DNA of 64,000 nucleotides from the NCBI GenBank assembly GCA_021810505.1, contig JAJZIR010000011.1:30450-94449 (forward strand), written 5' to 3'. Each line of letters opens with the position of its first letter. Position 1 is the first letter of the stretch. A program made the position numbers and the translations under genes. The notes under the pieces are model-generated. The model was given only the letters and a program-made list of their open reading frames with translations, did not search any database and was not told where the DNA came from. Below, piece after piece: positions 28,750 through 39,308 of this stretch. This DNA comes from a bacterium (GTDB lineage Bacteria > Deinococcota > Deinococci > Deinococcales > Deinococcaceae).

Positions 28750-29919
28750 GTGGATCCTATGCATGACACTCCGCAGGCGCTGCCCCAAGGATTTTTAGCC
28801 AGCGGGATGGCGGCGGGCCTCAAGCCTTCCGGGCGCCCCGACCTGGGCCTGCTGCGCTGCCCGGGGGGCGGCCCCTGGGGGCTGGCCACCACCCGCAACC
28901 AGGCCGCGGCGGCCTGTGTCCTAAGGGCCCGCGCGCTCTACCAGCAGGGCCCCCTGCTGCAGGCGGTCGCGGTGAATTCCGGGCAGGCCAACGCCGCCAC
29001 CGGCTCAGCCGGCCGCGCGGACGACCAGCGCTGGGCCGAGGCGCTGTCCAACTTCCTGGGGATCCCCAGCGAAGCCCTGCTCACTGTCTCCACCGGTGTC
29101 ATCGGTGTGCGCCTGCCGCTGGACCGGCTGCTGGCCGCGCGGCCGGCGCTGGCCGCGGGGCTCTCAGAGAGCCCCGCGGCCTTCGCTTCAGCCATCCTGA
29201 CCACCGACACCCGACCCAAGCTGGCCAGGGCCGAGTTGCCCGGCGGCGGCTCGGTCCTAGGGATCGCCAAGGGCAGCGGGATGATCCACCCGGACCTGGG
29301 CACCTTGCTGGCCTTCGTCCTGACCGATCTGGAGTTACCCAGCGCCTGGATCCGGACCCAGTGGCAGGAGCTGATCGACGGCTCGCTCAACTGCGTGTCG
29401 GTGGATGGGGACACTTCCACCAACGATCTGGCCCTGCTGTGGTCCAGCGGGCAGCGAAGCTGTTCCCTCGGTCAAGCCGAACTGGCGTTAAGGGAGGTGC
29501 TGCGCAACCTGGCCAGGCAGGTCGCCGCCGACGGCGAGGGGGCCAGCAAGCTGCTGACCGTGCGGATCACAGGAGCCCCCGACCTGGCCGGGGCCCGGAG
29601 AGCGGCCAGGACGGTGGCCTCGAGCCTGCTCTGGAAGAGCGCTGTGCACGGCAACGACCCCAACTGGGGGCGGGTATTGGCCGCCCTGGGCCGCTCGGGC
29701 ACCCCTATCGACTCGGAACGGCTCTCCATCGCGCTACAAGGAGTGACCCTCTACCAGGATGGGCCCAGACCGACCGACCTGGCGGCGCTCTCCAGAGCGA
29801 TGGACGCCCCGGAAGTGATCCTCGAGGTGGACCTCGCCGGAGGCGCAGCCAGCGCCGAAGCTTGGGGCTGCGACCTCAGTGAGGAGTACGTTCAGATCAA
29901 CGCCGACTACACCACCTGA
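28750..29919 (+). CDS. argJ: Bifunctional glutamate N-acetyltransferase / amino-acid acetyltransferase ArgJ
   Basis: TTDTRPK motif, self-cleavage region (GMIHPDLGTLLAF with Thr), full length 389 aa. Confidence 0.85.
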   Translation: MDPMHDTPQALPQGFLASGMAAGLKPSGRPDLGLLRCPGGGPWGLATTRNQAAAACVLRARALYQQGPLLQAVAVNSGQANAATGSAGRADDQRWAEALSNFLGIPSEALLTVSTGVIGVRLPLDRLLAARPALAAGLSESPAAFASAILTTDTRPKLARAELPGGGSVLGIAKGSGMIHPDLGTLLAFVLTDLELPSAWIRTQWQELIDGSLNCVSVDGDTSTNDLALLWSSGQRSCSLGQAELALREVLRNLARQVAADGEGASKLLTVRITGAPDLAGARRAARTVASSLLWKSAVHGNDPNWGRVLAALGRSGTPIDSERLSIALQGVTLYQDGPRPTDLAALSRAMDAPEVILEVDLAGGAASAEAWGCDLSEEYVQINADYTT

Positions 29920-29921
29920 CT

Positions 29922-30989
29922 TCAGGAGACCAGGTCCGCCACACCCGGTCTGGGCCCCTCCGCGGCCAGGCCGGGACCGAACTCCACCCGGGTACGGGGT
30001 AGGGCATCGGGGTGGTGCTTCTGGAGGTAGCTGAGAAGCTGCTCGCGCACCCACACCGACAGGTCCCAGCGCTTGCCGGAGTCGGCCGCGCTGAACAGCG
30101 CGCGCAGCTCCAAGCTCTGCGGGCTGGAGCCGACCACCTGCAGATTGCAGACTTGCCCATCCCAGAGCGGGCTCTTGGGTAGCAGCTCGGAGAGCACCCC
30201 GCGCAGCTCCTCGACGTCTAGGCGGTAATCGGCGAAGATGTGGATGTAGCCCAGCAGGTCGGCGCTGCGGTAGGTCCAATTCTGGAAGGGCGTCTCGATA
30301 AAGTAGGCGATCGGCAAGATCAGCCGGCGCAGGTCCCAGATCCGCACCACCACGAAGGTGGTGGCGATCTCCTCGATCCGCCCCCACTCCCCGTCGACCA
30401 CCACCACGTCGTCCAACCGGATCGGTTCGGTCAGAGCGATCTGGATGCCGGCGATCAGGTTGGTGAGCAGCGGTCTGGCGGCTAAGCCGCCGACCAGGCC
30501 GATCAGGCCGGCAGAGGCCAGCAGGCTGGTCCCCAGGGCCCGCACCGAGGGGACGGTCATCAGCATGGCCGAGATAGCTAGGACGGCGATGATCACGATC
30601 AGGATGCGGCGGAAGACCGCCATACGGGTGTGCACCCGCCTAGCCACCAGGTTGTCGCTGGCTGAGATGTCGTAGCGGCGGGTCACCCAGCGCTCAGCCA
30701 AGTGGACGGCTGCGATCAAGGTCCAGGCCACTGCGGCGACGGTCAGCACCCCCACCAGCGGCTGCAGCACCGAGGGAGCCGGGGCGGGGAGGCCGGGTAG
30801 GGCCAGCAACAGGGCTAGGAACAGGAACAGCCAGAGGGTGGGGCGCTTGCCCAGGGCCAGGAGCTCGCGGACGGACGGGTTGGCGCGCTGCCAAGACAGC
30901 AGCAGGCGAAAGACCAGGGCGTGCACCAGCCAGCCGATCAGCAGCGCGGCCACGAGCCCTAAGGCGGGGTCGATCCAGGGTTGCAACAT
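29922..30989 (-). CDS. Mechanosensitive ion channel, MscS family (start MLQPWIDPAL at 30989, GAGGAG RBS)
   Basis: 3 TM + MscS beta-domain (LIAGIQIALTEPIRLDDVVVVDGEWGRIEEI). Confidence 0.8.
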   Translation of the reverse strand: MLQPWIDPALGLVAALLIGWLVHALVFRLLLSWQRANPSVRELLALGKRPTLWLFLFLALLLALPGLPAPAPSVLQPLVGVLTVAAVAWTLIAAVHLAERWVTRRYDISASDNLVARRVHTRMAVFRRILIVIIAVLAISAMLMTVPSVRALGTSLLASAGLIGLVGGLAARPLLTNLIAGIQIALTEPIRLDDVVVVDGEWGRIEEIATTFVVVRIWDLRRLILPIAYFIETPFQNWTYRSADLLGYIHIFADYRLDVEELRGVLSELLPKSPLWDGQVCNLQVVGSSPQSLELRALFSAADSGKRWDLSVWVREQLLSYLQKHHPDALPRTRVEFGPGLAAEGPRPGVADLVS

Positions 30990-31080
30990 GGGGACTCCTC
31001 TCGGCGCCGCCTCCGCGGGGCGCCCTCTTGGTCTAGCAGAGTGGCAGGGCAGCGGCGTGAGAGAAGAATGAAAACCCAGC

Positions 31081-31521
31081 TCAACCCAAATAGCGCTCCA
31101 GGTTGGTGACGCAAGGATCCTGGAGGCCGGCGCGGGCACTACCAGTCAGCGTCTCGGCTAGGCCCTTCCGCGACAGGTAGAGCTGCCAGATCTGAAAGTC
31201 GCCCTGGGCAGCGTGGTAGTGGTAGTAGGCCAGCAACCCCCACTGGCCGAAGCGGTAGATCGGGCCGACCACCACCCCGGTGAAGTGCTGGGCAAACAGC
31301 TGGCGCTGCAGCGCCGGAGCAAACCCCGCGGCCGCTGCGCGGTTGGGAAAGATCTTCATGTGGGTGGTCAACTGCTGCTGCTTGAGGGCGCAGCGGCCAT
31401 CCGCCGAGGTCCAGAGCCCAGGAGCCTGCTGCTTCCAGTTGGGGATGGGCGCGGCGGCCAAGGCCAGCGGCGCTGCGATCAACCAGAGGAGTCCGGCCAA
31501 ACGAACTGCAAGACCGCGCAT
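31081..31521 (-). CDS. Hypothetical secreted protein (signal peptide [24 protein letters not shown])
   Basis: ATG 31521; begins 30 nt downstream of the groEL terminator; no family recognised. Confidence 0.4.
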   Translation of the reverse strand: MRGLAVRLAGLLWLIAAPLALAAAPIPNWKQQAPGLWTSADGRCALKQQQLTTHMKIFPNRAAAAGFAPALQRQLFAQHFTGVVVGPIYRFGQWGLLAYYHYHAAQGDFQIWQLYLSRKGLAETLTGSARAGLQDPCVTNLERYLG

Positions 31522-31551
31522 GGGGAGATTCTGCCACGGACCGATGAGAAT

Positions 31552-31580
31552 CAAAAACGCCCGCCGGGATCCCGGCGGGC
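31552..31580 (-). terminator. Intrinsic terminator of groEL: GCCCGCCGGGATCCCGGCGGGC + GTTTTTGATTC on minus strand
   Basis: 9-bp GC stem, 4-nt loop, U-tract; 16 nt after groEL stop. Confidence 0.6.
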
Positions 31581-31596
31581 GTCAGGGAGAGGGGGG

Positions 31597-33249
<1,653 letters not shown>

Positions 33250-33309
33250 TTAGAGAGAATTGCTGATGACGAATAGGTGCTGAGACGGGGGATTCCCGGC
33301 TGATCCGGC

Positions 33310-33594
33310 TCACTCGGCGACAGCGAGGATGTCGCGCTCGCTGACGATGGTGTACTCCTCGCCGGCCACATCGACGGTCTTGCTGCCGTATTCAGCGAAC
33401 ACGATAGTGTCGCCGACCTTGACGTCCAGCGGTACCCGGGTGCCGTTATCGAGCAGCTTGCCATTCCCGACCGCCACGACCTTTCCCCGAATCGACTTGC
33501 CCTGCGCCGAATCTGGCAGGACAATCCCACCGGCCGTGGTAGGGGACTCCTTGATCAACTCGATCACGACACGATCACCCAGTGGTCTCAACAT
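33310..33594 (-). CDS. groES: Co-chaperonin GroES (start [10 protein letters not shown] at 33594; GGAGGT RBS)
   Basis: 94-aa Cpn10 with mobile loop ...[14 protein letters not shown]... Confidence 0.9.
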   Translation of the reverse strand: MLRPLGDRVVIELIKESPTTAGGIVLPDSAQGKSIRGKVVAVGNGKLLDNGTRVPLDVKVGDTIVFAEYGSKTVDVAGEEYTIVSERDILAVAE

Positions 33595-33664
33595 GCACAC
33601 TACCTCCGCTATCCAGAACAATTTGGTGTCGTCCGAGCGTACAGACGGCGCCGGTCCAACTCCG

Positions 33665-33705
33665 TAAGCTATTATAGCAACGCTCAGTCTACTGTCAATA
33701 CAGGA
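33665..33705 (-). promoter_or_regulatory. Consensus sigma-70-type promoter of groES-groEL: TTGACA (33699..33694) - 17 nt - TATAAT (33676..33671)
   Basis: Both hexamers perfect, spacer 17; ~75-nt 5' UTR; no CIRCE (TTAGCACTC-N9-GAGTGCTAA) in UTR. Confidence 0.55.
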
Positions 33706-34281
33706 GATATAAGATATGAGTCCGTATTGCTCAACTTTAGATTGTAGCCGTATGGGCGGCCTTCTGGGCCGCCGGAATGTATCCAGCACTTGCCGTGCGC
33801 GCCTGAGAAGCCGGCCTTACGCGCCGTCCCCTCAGGCCGGCTCGCCCCGCCCAGAGCGGGCCCAAAGCCGACTTCCTGTCCCACCGAAGCCGGTTTCGCT
33901 CTGACCCTGCAGCTTGAGCCAGCGCCCCCGCAGGCTCCGCTTCCGGCGGAACTCGCCGCGGATCCGCCCGGGAAGAGCCTTCCCTCCCGTAGGGTGACCC
34001 TGCGAACCCCCACATCCCCGCCGCGCCTCGGCCCCCGGCGCAGCGCCCGAGTGAATCCATAGAAGCACAGAGGCACCGACACCGGACTAGCCGTCGCTGG
34101 GGTGGAAGCGGTCTTGGGCTGCTCTGCTCATCAATGTTCGAGAGCGCATAGTGGCTATCAGAAGTTCGGACCCTCGGCCGACCTGGTCTGCCGGAAGGCC
34201 GGGCGCAGAGGCCTAGGGCCCGCTCGCCACCAGACCAATGCCCCAGCGGCAGCTCGCCGAGCGCTAGGCTAGGGCCGAGCG

Positions 34282-34998
34282 ATGATCGAACTGCGAGGTC
34301 TTTCCAAGTCCTACGGAAATAAGAAGGCCGTCGACCAACTCACCCTGGAGGTGCCAGCGGGAATGGTCGTGGCGTTGCTCGGCCCCAACGGAGCCGGCAA
34401 AACCACCACTATCCGGGCCATCACCGGCCTGACCCGGCCGAGCAGCGGCAGCGCTTGGGTCTGCGGCGTCAATGTCTGGGACCAACCTGTCAAGGCCAAG
34501 GCTCTGATCGGCTACATCCCGGACAGACCCTATCTGTACGGAAAATTGACCGCCCGGGAGCTACTCCGCTTCGTCTCAGGGATCCGGGGAGCATCCGCTG
34601 AGCCGAAGATCCAGAACTGGCTGGATTTCTTCGACCTAAGCGATTTCGGCTCGGCGCTGGTCGAGAGCTTCAGCCACGGGATGCGCCAGAAGCTCACCAT
34701 CATCGCCGCCCTGCTGGCCGACCCGCCGGTCCTAGTGGTCGACGAGCCGATGGTCGGCCTGGACCCACAGGCCGCCAAGCAGGTCAGGGATCTGATGGTG
34801 GAGCGAGCCCGGAAGGGGTACACCGTCTTGCTGACGACCCATTCGATGGAGCTGGCCGAGGCCATCTCCGGGCAGGTAGCGGTGCTCGACCACGGCCGGC
34901 TGGTGGCCTCGGGTCAGGTCGAAGAGCTCAAGCGGCAGACTCAGGGCAGCACCCTGGAGGACGTGTTCTTCAGGCTCTTAGCCGAGGAGGCGCAGTGA
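34282..34998 (+). CDS. ABC transporter ATP-binding protein (ABC-2 type)
   Basis: Walker A GPNGAGKTT, signature FSHGMRQKL, Walker B LVVDEP. Confidence 0.85.
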   Translation: MIELRGLSKSYGNKKAVDQLTLEVPAGMVVALLGPNGAGKTTTIRAITGLTRPSSGSAWVCGVNVWDQPVKAKALIGYIPDRPYLYGKLTARELLRFVSGIRGASAEPKIQNWLDFFDLSDFGSALVESFSHGMRQKLTIIAALLADPPVLVVDEPMVGLDPQAAKQVRDLMVERARKGYTVLLTTHSMELAEAISGQVAVLDHGRLVASGQVEELKRQTQGSTLEDVFFRLLAEEAQ

Positions 34999-36584
34999 TC
35001 GCCGCCAAACTACAGGGCCTGCGCAACGCCTGGGGGAAGAGGCCCTGGGGATACCTGTTGGCAGCCGCGGTGCTGCTAGCCTTCCTGCTGGCCGAAGCCG
35101 CCCTGGTGCGGGGAGGTCTGCAGGCCCTGCGGGGTTACGGGGCGGTCGGCAGCGCGGTGGCGCACCGGCTGCTAGCCCTGGGATTGACCATCTTGATGGC
35201 CAGCGTGGCCTTTAGCGCAGTCACCACCACCGTCAGCACGCTCTACCTGTCCGACGACCTCACCTTCCTGCTCAGCCTGCCGCTCCCAGCCAGCCGGGTC
35301 TTCGCGCTCAAGCTCACCGAGACCTACCTGCTCACCGCCGGCCTGCCCAGCCTGCTCACCCTCCCGCTGGTCTGGGCCATCGGGCGCGCTGGCCCCTGGT
35401 GGTACCTGCCAGCGGCGCTGGGGATGATTCTGGCCCTCTACGCTCTACCGGTCGGAATCGGCGCTCTGGTGACGGTGGTACTGATGCGGGTAGCCCCGGC
35501 TGGTCGGGTTCGGGAGATCGCCACCGGTCTAGGGGTAGCCCTCTCAGCCGGGCTGATCCTGCTGGTGCGCAGCCTGATCCCCACCTCGCTGCTGAGAGCC
35601 TCGGGAGATACCCAGTTCCACCAACTGCTGCATGGCTTCGCCCAAGGCGGCCTGGGGCCGCTCCCCTCGGCGGTCATCGCCAACGACCTGTGGGCAGCCG
35701 CGGGCGGGAAGCTGACCGCCTCCCCTTGGATCTTGGTGGGAGCAGCTGGGCTGCTGCTCTGGTTGACCACCGCCTTGGCAGCGCTGGCCTACCGGGAAGG
35801 GTGGGTCCGGGGTTTAGAGGGCAGCGGTCGCCGGAGGCCCGGCCGCTCGGTCGGTCGGGTTGAGCGGTTATTCAGCCGCTTCGGGGCGCTCGGGCACCTG
35901 GCGCTCAAGGACCTGAGAGCCCTGGGCAGGGACGCCACCCAGTGGAGCCAGCTGCTGATCCTGGCTGCGCTGCTGGGAGTGTACGTAATCAGCCTGCACG
36001 CCTACCCCAGCGGCCTGCACGGGCTGCGCGGGCTGCTGGTCACCCTGCAGCTGGCCTTCCAAGGGCTCATCCTGGCCGGCGTCGGGATCCGCTTGGCCTT
36101 TCCAGCCGTCTCCCTGGAGGGCGCCGGTTTCTGGCTGCTGCAGAGCTCCCCTCTGTCCAGCAGCCTGCTGGTACGCGGCAAGTACTTGGCCAGCCTCCCG
36201 GCCATGGTGGCGCTGGCGCTGATCATGAGCTGGCAGAGCGGCGCGGCGCTGAAGCTGGGCGCGGGCCCGGCCCTGGTAGCCGCGGCTGCGGCCCTCTCCG
36301 ATGCCCTAGCGGTCACCGCGCTGGGGGTCGGCTTGGGGGCTGCCTTCCCGCGCTTTCGAGCCGATAATCCGGCCGAAATCCCCATCTCGCCGGGCGGCCT
36401 GCTCTACCTGGCCCTGGCCCTGCTGTACGTAGGTCTGACCACCGCGGTGGCCTCGGTGGGGGAGAGCGGGGCTTACGCCGGCCTGGGGGCGGTCCTGGTG
36501 CTGGGGATCCTCACTGCGCTGGGGGTGATCCTACCTCTGGGGCTGGGCTCGGGCTACCTGGAACAGACAGGAGCGTTGGACTGA
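34995..36584 (+). CDS. Polytopic membrane protein, putative ABC exporter permease partner (529 aa, ~12 TM)
   Basis: 4-nt overlap with ATPase gene; highly hydrophobic throughout; resembles the large 'putative ABC exporter' permease family. Confidence 0.6.
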   Translation: MIAAKLQGLRNAWGKRPWGYLLAAAVLLAFLLAEAALVRGGLQALRGYGAVGSAVAHRLLALGLTILMASVAFSAVTTTVSTLYLSDDLTFLLSLPLPASRVFALKLTETYLLTAGLPSLLTLPLVWAIGRAGPWWYLPAALGMILALYALPVGIGALVTVVLMRVAPAGRVREIATGLGVALSAGLILLVRSLIPTSLLRASGDTQFHQLLHGFAQGGLGPLPSAVIANDLWAAAGGKLTASPWILVGAAGLLLWLTTALAALAYREGWVRGLEGSGRRRPGRSVGRVERLFSRFGALGHLALKDLRALGRDATQWSQLLILAALLGVYVISLHAYPSGLHGLRGLLVTLQLAFQGLILAGVGIRLAFPAVSLEGAGFWLLQSSPLSSSLLVRGKYLASLPAMVALALIMSWQSGAALKLGAGPALVAAAAALSDALAVTALGVGLGAAFPRFRADNPAEIPISPGGLLYLALALLYVGLTTAVASVGESGAYAGLGAVLVLGILTALGVILPLGLGSGYLEQTGALD

Positions 36585-36612
36585 AAGCCCCGGCTCTGCT
36601 ACGCTGCTGCCT

Positions 36613-37227
36613 GTGGTTTTCAGGTTACCCGAATCCGGCCTACAGGGCGCTGGCGTCACGCTCAAGCCGCTCACCCAGGAGGACGCGGCTGGCCTGTGGG
36701 AGCTGGGCCAGCAGGAGCCAGATCCCCGGGTCTTCTCCTACATGCTCAGCACCCCCTTGGATCCCCAAGCCGTTCCTAGAGCCCTGGAGCTAGCCCGCGC
36801 CGGTAGCCAGATCCCCCTGACTGTCTGGGTGAGCGGCGAGTTGGCCGGAAGCACCCGCTTCATGGAGCTCCGGCCGCAGCACCGCGGGCTGGAGATCGGT
36901 GGAACCTGGTACGGGTCGCGCTTCCGGGGCAGCGGGCTCAACCTAGTCTGCAAGTACCTGATGATGCAGCTGGCCTTCGGAGAGTGGGGGGCCATCCGGG
37001 TGCAGATCGTAGCCGACCGGCGCAACCTGCGGTCCCGCCGAGCCATCGAGGGCCTAGGGGCGTTGCAGGAGGCGGTGCTGCGGCAGCACATGGTCTTACC
37101 GAACGGCGAGCTCAGGGATACCGCGGTCTACTCCTTGCTGGACCGCGAGTGGCCCAAGCGGTCGGCTGAGCTGCGCCGAGCGATCGCTCTGCGCTGGCCG
37201 ATACCGCTGAGCGCACCCAACTCTTAG
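36613..37227 (+). CDS. GNAT-family N-acetyltransferase (RimJ/RimL-like)
   Basis: LKPLTQEDAAGLWEL N-terminal pattern, acetyl-CoA binding region RNLRSRRAIEGLGA. Confidence 0.65.
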   Translation: MVFRLPESGLQGAGVTLKPLTQEDAAGLWELGQQEPDPRVFSYMLSTPLDPQAVPRALELARAGSQIPLTVWVSGELAGSTRFMELRPQHRGLEIGGTWYGSRFRGSGLNLVCKYLMMQLAFGEWGAIRVQIVADRRNLRSRRAIEGLGALQEAVLRQHMVLPNGELRDTAVYSLLDREWPKRSAELRRAIALRWPIPLSAPNS

Positions 37228-38213
37228 TCACCGACTTGTCGCCGCAGCTTGGAGGCGTACATCCTGCGGTCGGCTAGGGCCAGCAGGGGATCGATCCGGT
37301 CCGCCTCCAAGGGGTACTCGGCCATACCCACGTTGATCTTGGGGCGGATCGGGATCCGCCAAGGCTCCTGATCGATCAGGCTGCGCAGCCGCTCGATGAC
37401 CGCAGCGTTCTGCGAGAGGGGCCCGCTCAGGAATAGCGCGAACTCGTCGCCGCCCAGGCGATAGACCCGCTCTTTACCGAGCTCGCGCTGCAGCAGCTGG
37501 GACAGCTGCGAGAGAACCTGGTCGGCGGTGCTGTGGCCGTAGAGGTCATTGACCTCCTTGAAGGCCTGTAGGTCTAGGGCCGCCACAGTCTGGCTGGGCT
37601 CGGAGCCCAGCCAGACTGTGGCGGCCTCCATGAAAGCGCGGCGGTTGTAGGCGCCGGTCAGCAAGTCGATGCGAGCCTGATCGAATAACCGCTGACGCAG
37701 GTGGGCGTGCTCGATGCTCACCGAGGCGTGATCGGCGAAGAGCGAGAGGAATTCTTTATCCTCCTCGGTGAAGCTACCGACCTCCTCGGACTGGACCGAG
37801 AGCACTCCGGCCGGCTCCCCCAAAATGTAGAGGGGAACGCCCAGCCAGCCGCGGCTGGCGACCGAAGTCCCCTCCGGACGGATGCGGCGGATCGACCTGG
37901 GTTCCCGGGCAGGGGACTGCTTGAGCGCGAGCATGTCGTTGAGGAGCAGAGGACCCTTCTCGACCACCTGCTCGATCAGGCCCTTCGCGTCATAAGGCCA
38001 GGTCGTGCGGAAGTACTCGTCGCGGATCCAGCACTCGACCCGCCAGCGATCCGGGGCTTCCAGGATCGCCAGCAGCGTGGTCGGAGTCCGAATCAGCTTG
38101 CGGCACTGCTCGTGGATCTCGCGGACGACCGAGGAGACATCGTCGGTCCTGCTGGCCAACACTTCGGCTACTTCCAGCAGCGCCTCATAACGGTCAACCT
38201 GTGTGTTCGTCAT
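37224..38213 (-). CDS. GAF-GGDEF diguanylate cyclase
   Basis: N-terminal GAF-like domain, RxGGDEF active site (YRLGGDEFALFL), I-site-like RRAF/DxxD region. Confidence 0.8.
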   Translation of the reverse strand: MTNTQVDRYEALLEVAEVLASRTDDVSSVVREIHEQCRKLIRTPTTLLAILEAPDRWRVECWIRDEYFRTTWPYDAKGLIEQVVEKGPLLLNDMLALKQSPAREPRSIRRIRPEGTSVASRGWLGVPLYILGEPAGVLSVQSEEVGSFTEEDKEFLSLFADHASVSIEHAHLRQRLFDQARIDLLTGAYNRRAFMEAATVWLGSEPSQTVAALDLQAFKEVNDLYGHSTADQVLSQLSQLLQRELGKERVYRLGGDEFALFLSGPLSQNAAVIERLRSLIDQEPWRIPIRPKINVGMAEYPLEADRIDPLLALADRRMYASKLRRQVGD

Positions 38214-38230
38214 ATCTCTCCTACCCGTTC

Positions 38231-38252
38231 AGCGCGGCCGGCCGGCCGCGCT
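38231..38252. promoter_or_regulatory. 22-nt perfect GC palindrome AGCGCGGCCGGCCGGCCGCGCT in divergent GGDEF/ATL intergenic region
   Basis: Perfect dyad symmetry; 18 nt upstream of GGDEF start codon. Confidence 0.25.
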
Positions 38253-38316
38253 CTAATACAGGTTTCTGCGGTTCAGTTTAACACGTCGGGAAGTCTTTTT
38301 CAGGTATGGTGATTCG

Positions 38317-38682
38317 GTGCAAGCCTTAGATCCGGAGCGCCTCCGCCAGCTGGTAGCAGCGATCCCGCCCGGGAGGGTCATGACCTACGGCCAGCTGGCC
38401 TGGCTCTGCGGCAACCCCGGGGCGGCGCGCCAAGTGGGGGCGGCGTTGCGCCGCCTAGGCGACCTCCCTTGGCACCGAGTGATCAACGCTCAGGGCGGTC
38501 TCAGTACCTACCGGCTGGGGTTCGGCGACCTCCAACGCCAGCTGCTCGAAGCCGAAGGGATTGCCTTCAGCGCAGGGGGACGCTGCGACTTGGCCCGCTA
38601 TCGCTGGGACGGCTTCGGTCCAGGCCCAGCCGAGGGTCAGGGGTGCAACGGCTGCCCGACCACCTCGGGCGCTGGAGGTTGA
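38317..38682 (+). CDS. Alkyltransferase-like protein (ATL; MGMT DNA-binding fold with Trp replacing the active Cys: PWHRV)
   Basis: PWHRVIN in place of PCHRV; HTH region YGQLAWLCGNPGAARQVGAALRRL. Confidence 0.65.
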   Translation: MQALDPERLRQLVAAIPPGRVMTYGQLAWLCGNPGAARQVGAALRRLGDLPWHRVINAQGGLSTYRLGFGDLQRQLLEAEGIAFSAGGRCDLARYRWDGFGPGPAEGQGCNGCPTTSGAGG

Positions 38683-38687
38683 CCCGA

Positions 38688-38719
38688 GCCGGCGACCCGC
38701 CTGCAGGCGGGTCGCCGGC
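38688..38719 (+). terminator. Stem-loop GCCGGCGACCCGCC-tgca-GGCGGGTCGCCGGC 6 nt after ATL stop (no U-tract)
   Basis: 14-bp perfect stem, 4-nt loop. Confidence 0.5.
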
Positions 38720-39308
38720 CGCCTGCTCCCCGCGCTACCGCAGACAACCAGCTGCATTCAGCGTCTATATCGCCCAGAGACCGGTCCCAGCGGTGGCTCG
38801 AGGTCACGCTCGAGCGGTCCCTGGCGCCTCATCCGGACCTCCGTACCGCTCTGTCGGCTTCTGGCCTTGCGGGCAGCGCCGGATTGGGCCCATTCCCGGC
38901 TCGGTAAGCCGCCACCTGCCCCGGTGCATTGCAGGCCGTTGGGGGGCAGCCCGAACCTCTCGCAGGTCCCGCGCCCGCGCCCGTGCATACTTGCTTCGCG
39001 ACATTTTACCGTGGGTAAAGCCGCGGCGGATGCGCGGTTCAGGGCGTTGCGGTAAGCCGGTACCGCATACCGAACCGCCTGCCCACTCTTCGGCCATGCA
39101 CTCCAGGCTGATTTGGTGACCGCCAAAAACATCGGCGGGCGAGCACTCCTCCGGCAAGACGGGGCGATTGCCTGCCGCCCCCGAAGTATCCGGCCATGAA
39201 GCCGGTGCCGCGCGCCTGCGAGCGCAATTGCGGTGGAGCCTGGATGCGCGCTCTGTCCTTGCGGGACGGAGTTCGGGAGCGGGTAGCGAGTGCCCTGCTG
39301 CAGCTTTC

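Noticed and set aside
33595-33665. CIRCE/HrcA operator in groES leader
   Set aside because: No TTAGCACTC-N9-GAGTGCTAA-like inverted repeat on either strand.
33684-34082. ORFs 33684..34082(-), 33790..34062(+), 33737..34060(-), 33832..34068(-) inside the groES upstream region
   Set aside because: Four mutually overlapping frames, low-complexity G/R/P-rich translations, no RBS/start context; treated as noncoding.
33700-34281. Searched both long noncoding regions for RNase P RNA (GGAAAGUCCGGGCUCC, ACAGAAnCCGGCUUA), tmRNA (tag ORF, TTCGAATCC T-arm), SRP RNA
   Set aside because: Only weak partial resemblances (e.g. GGAAGTCGGCTTTGGGCCC; TGCGGTAAGCCGGTACCGCA hairpin) that do not reproduce the conserved motifs in order.
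38758-39157. ORFs 38758..39132(-), 38804..39157(-), 38469..39119(+) in the 626-bp convergent spacer
   Set aside because: Arg-rich composition typical of off-frame GC-rich DNA, no motifs; more likely noncoding/RNA.
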